This document shows positions 62,701 through 64,000 of a DNA stretch of 64,000 nt, piece after piece. Within the stretch, counting starts at the first letter, position 1; each line of letters begins with the position of its first letter. The stretch covers positions 8,750 through 72,749 of the forward strand of contig JBBIJV010000001.1 in assembly GCA_037445815.1 (NCBI GenBank). Direction: 5' to 3'. The translations under genes were made by a program, and so were the position numbers. Origin of the DNA: Rhodospirillaceae bacterium (GTDB lineage: Bacteria; Pseudomonadota; Gammaproteobacteria; Steroidobacterales; Rariloculaceae). The notes under the pieces are model-generated. The model was not told where the DNA came from and did not search any database. It was given only the letters and a program-made list of their open reading frames with translations.

Positions 62701-63018
62701 CGACGTGCCCGCCACGCCGAACTCCGAGCCGACGTTGAACTGCGTGACGGCCGGCGTGAACTGCGGCAGCTGGTTCAGCACGCTTTCCATCGCAACCGTG
62801 CTCGACTCCAAGAAGCGCTCGGTATCGACCGTCATGATCGGGCTGTTCGCATCGAAGTCGCGCCGCACGATTCGCGAGCCGGTTACGGTAATTTCCTCGA
62901 GCGCGGCGTCCTGCGCGTACGCCGCGCCACCGGCCCCGGCGCCTACGAGTAACGCCGAGATGGCCGAAGCCAACGCGCTGCACGCGAGCCGATCGATCCG
63001 TGATGATTGAGATTCCAC
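59713..63018 (-). CDS. TonB-dependent receptor (large, ~1100 aa)
   Basis: GTG 63018 is preceded by GGGGGA, inside track ORF 59713..63342. The signal peptide is ...LLVGAGAGGAAYAQD. It has a TonB box/plug (LEEITVTGSRIVRRD...LSLRGLGPNRNLVLLDGRR) and a barrel ending YYVGMTVQF. Confidence 0.9.
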   Translation of the reverse strand: MESQSSRIDRLACSALASAISALLVGAGAGGAAYAQDAALEEITVTGSRIVRRDFDANSPIMTVDTERFLESSTVAMESVLNQLPQFTPAVTQFNVGSEFGVAGTSFFSEQLAVGATRTPGQATLSLRGLGPNRNLVLLDGRRAMPINAGMSVSINTIPAAAIERVETITGGASSVYGADAVAGVVNFITKRDFEGVDFDVQYGQTAEGDGAEYRYSVLLGANSGDGRGNVLLGFERSKRDEVFAIDRDFRVAGFRDPRSLSQTDFYSAAGYSPVASNMHRRSEVLSIFGVPDTPAFATAGQYYMNSDGTLYKETRDGAFRYNGGLNDERGLPLRFIEQSNASSNGQLRQNELAEYLQIPLDRYSLFGRGHYDLSDNLRAVAQVLYSRSSTEQRQAASPMLGGWRASAPHGQGIYGPSVVSLGPDGLPNTGDNGENMTTLGEYLPGGRFGLACAPVGGCTKSEAFPTPPELTRLLDSRLDPEADWEFRQTTLFADPRRSYVEVDSYQLVGGLEGNMDFKDWTWELYASSGSTFTESTYGGGVSLERYRFVMRQPNYGRGMLYIGNELGAGFASGSISCTSGLPAVYGVSGYTEDFVPSQDCQAAIRARSKASGEMRQNIVEYNMQGAIAEMPAGELRFAAGVGSRENRFEFKPDPLNSQESVLDQLAGFFPVGDAFGKTEATEVYGELLVPVVGDVWGARSLNLELGYRSTDNEPSNDVDTWKALIDWQVVDRVRVRGGRQVANRAPNIGELFQSKEQFAPFSLFQGDPCSELNPARLPYTANPNLNSAGPAAAAQVKALCQQLMGPTGAANYYGGDTPQPSGFVSPRISNLSGNPNLRSEEARTLTLGVVADLTERATLTFDYWRIELDDMIAPQVPDTLYRECLSADTNPGYSPTHPSCRLIVRNPTSGAVATVDVTYTNEAAADLAGYDVQFDWGLDDVGPGALNLNVLATITDHWKTQVNAASPWLDFKGTTGPSDVRGVNQFAYDYRLFTTVGYSTANWGTTLRWRHLPSIAPEGTIRTQAQYTDTESYNVFDLSGRYTFSDRYNLRFGIDNLLDEEPPVVNLRTVAEGYTQTGVTNGAFYDVLGRRYYVGMTVQF

Positions 63019-63407
63019 GATGAGTCCCCCTATGTAGTGAGTACTGACAAGTCTCGAGAGGAACGGCGAGCCGCCGGCCGCCGAGCCGCTCGTGTCTGCG
63101 CCAACGCCGCGACGCGTCGAAGCGCCGCGCTGCGTCGTGCAGGTACTGAACGATAATACGCCCCGCGCGACAGGTCGCGTTTCAGCAACAACTAGTGTGC
63201 GGAGTACCCTGCTAGCCGCCGAAGGCCCGTCGCAGCGCCGTTGCGCAACGGCATAACTGATCGAACAGTTGTTGCGCGCCCGTCGCGGCCGGCAAGGGCA
63301 TCGCATCGATGCGAGCGAGCCCCCGGCACGCGCAGCTCGCATGGTCGACGGCGTCGCGGGACCTTATTCTGGCGGTATGGACGATGGATGAAGGCGAACG
63401 AGGACTC

Positions 63408-64000
63408 ATGCGGACGCAAACCGTTTGGATTTCGTTGGCCGCGATCGCGGCGTACGGCCACACGCACGGCCTTGCGGCGCAGCCGGCCGTCACGGCGGGC
63501 GAGCTCGTCGTCGAGCCGCCGACGCTGATCTCGCTCGGCTTCGAGTGGTACATCGAGGGCGACACGGACCGCGACGCGGCCGTCGCCGTCGCCTACCGCC
63601 GCGCCGGCGAGCGCGAATGGCGCGACAGCCTGCCGTTACTGCGCGTGCAGAACGAGCGCACCTTCTACGTCGAGACGCTCTACTACACGGCGCCGAACAT
63701 GTTCGCGGGCAGCGTGTTCGAGCTCGCCGAGGACACCGAGTACGAGGTCCGTTTCACGCTGACGGACCCGGACGGCGTGAGCGGCGAAGCCGAGCGGACC
63801 GTGCGCGTGCGTACGCGCGCCGAGCCCGAGCCTCACTCGGGCGGCAACACGTACCACGTCTATCCGTTCGGCCACGAGGGTCCTAAAGAGGAGCCCGCGT
63901 TCTCGGGCCTGCTCGCCGCCTACTACAAGAACGCGCTCGGCGGCGACTGGAGCCGTGCGGCGCCGCCGCGCGTGCAGCCCGGCGACACGATTCTCGTGCA
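63408..64000 (+). CDS. Secreted hypothetical protein; the 5' part only, running off the right edge (partial)
   Basis: Not in the track because there is no stop in the window. My translation from ATG 63408 (GAGGA upstream) reads MRTQTVWISLAAIAAYGHTHGLAAQPAVTAGELVVEPPTLISLGFEWYIEGDTDRDAAVAVAYRRAGEREWRDSLPLLRVQNERTFYVE...TVRVRTRAEPEPHSGGNTYHVYPFGHEG...PRVQPGDTILV and stays open to 64000. It has a signal peptide followed by a beta-sandwich-like sequence. Confidence 0.55.
   Translation, partial: MRTQTVWISLAAIAAYGHTHGLAAQPAVTAGELVVEPPTLISLGFEWYIEGDTDRDAAVAVAYRRAGEREWRDSLPLLRVQNERTFYVETLYYTAPNMFAGSVFELAEDTEYEVRFTLTDPDGVSGEAERTVRVRTRAEPEPHSGGNTYHVYPFGHEGPKEEPAFSGLLAAYYKNALGGDWSRAAPPRVQPGDTILV

Noticed and set aside
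1-64000. I searched the whole window for CRISPR arrays, rRNA genes, IS elements/transposases and integrases.
   Set aside because: I saw no regularly spaced direct repeats. No 16S/23S/5S-like conserved stretches appeared. No ORF translation carried DDE transposase motifs or tyrosine/serine recombinase motifs.

Overview
This is a very GC-rich chromosomal segment from a diderm, most likely proteobacterial, bacterium. Supporting evidence: TonB-dependent receptors, two NodT/TolC-RND efflux systems, and an RpoH-type heat-shock promoter. I call about 58 intact or edge-truncated protein genes, one tRNA-Arg(UCG), five decayed gene remnants and several regulatory repeats. I recognised no rRNA, CRISPR array, transposase or integrase.

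Content from left to right:
- ECF sigma / anti-sigma-like / ABC exporter operon, then RidA.
- Copy a of a periplasmic two-protein module, followed by a MacB/FtsX-type orphan permease.
- A gene-decay zone (amine oxidase and permease stubs), PadR, and a fused copy b of the module.
- MetE-like enzyme + TonB receptor + AraC.
- Acyl-CoA ligase pseudogene, EamA transporter, and an exonuclease-nucleotidyltransferase fusion.
- PQQ sugar dehydrogenase.
- An AT-richer ~4.1 kb islet at the 3' end of tRNA-Arg, carrying two toxin-antitoxin pairs and a ParB-like protein.
- Uma2 endonuclease, module copy c, and a diiron protein + hydrolase.
- Tandem hsp20 genes, a TPR protein, DUF2892 + sulfide:quinone oxidoreductase.
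- OMF-MFP-RND system 1, then SDR + thioredoxin + NodT-RND-MFP system 2 with a divergent TetR.
- VOC protein, VapBC, a CBM9/DUF5916-like outer-membrane protein, AraC-type regulator + glyoxalase.
- HupE/UreJ-like protein, NHL lipoprotein + TonB-C protein, VTT membrane protein.
- Module copy d, NmrA-like protein, and a large TonB receptor.

The strongest lead is the secreted two-component module, present four times in three architectures (split, split in reverse order, fused). Its small subunit is predicted to mature to an N-terminal His-His.

Many long track ORFs are Arg/Ala/Gly-rich off-frame or antisense shadows typical of high-GC DNA and were ignored. CDS coordinates come from track arithmetic. 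Coordinates of non-coding features were indexed by hand and could be off by 1-2 nt.
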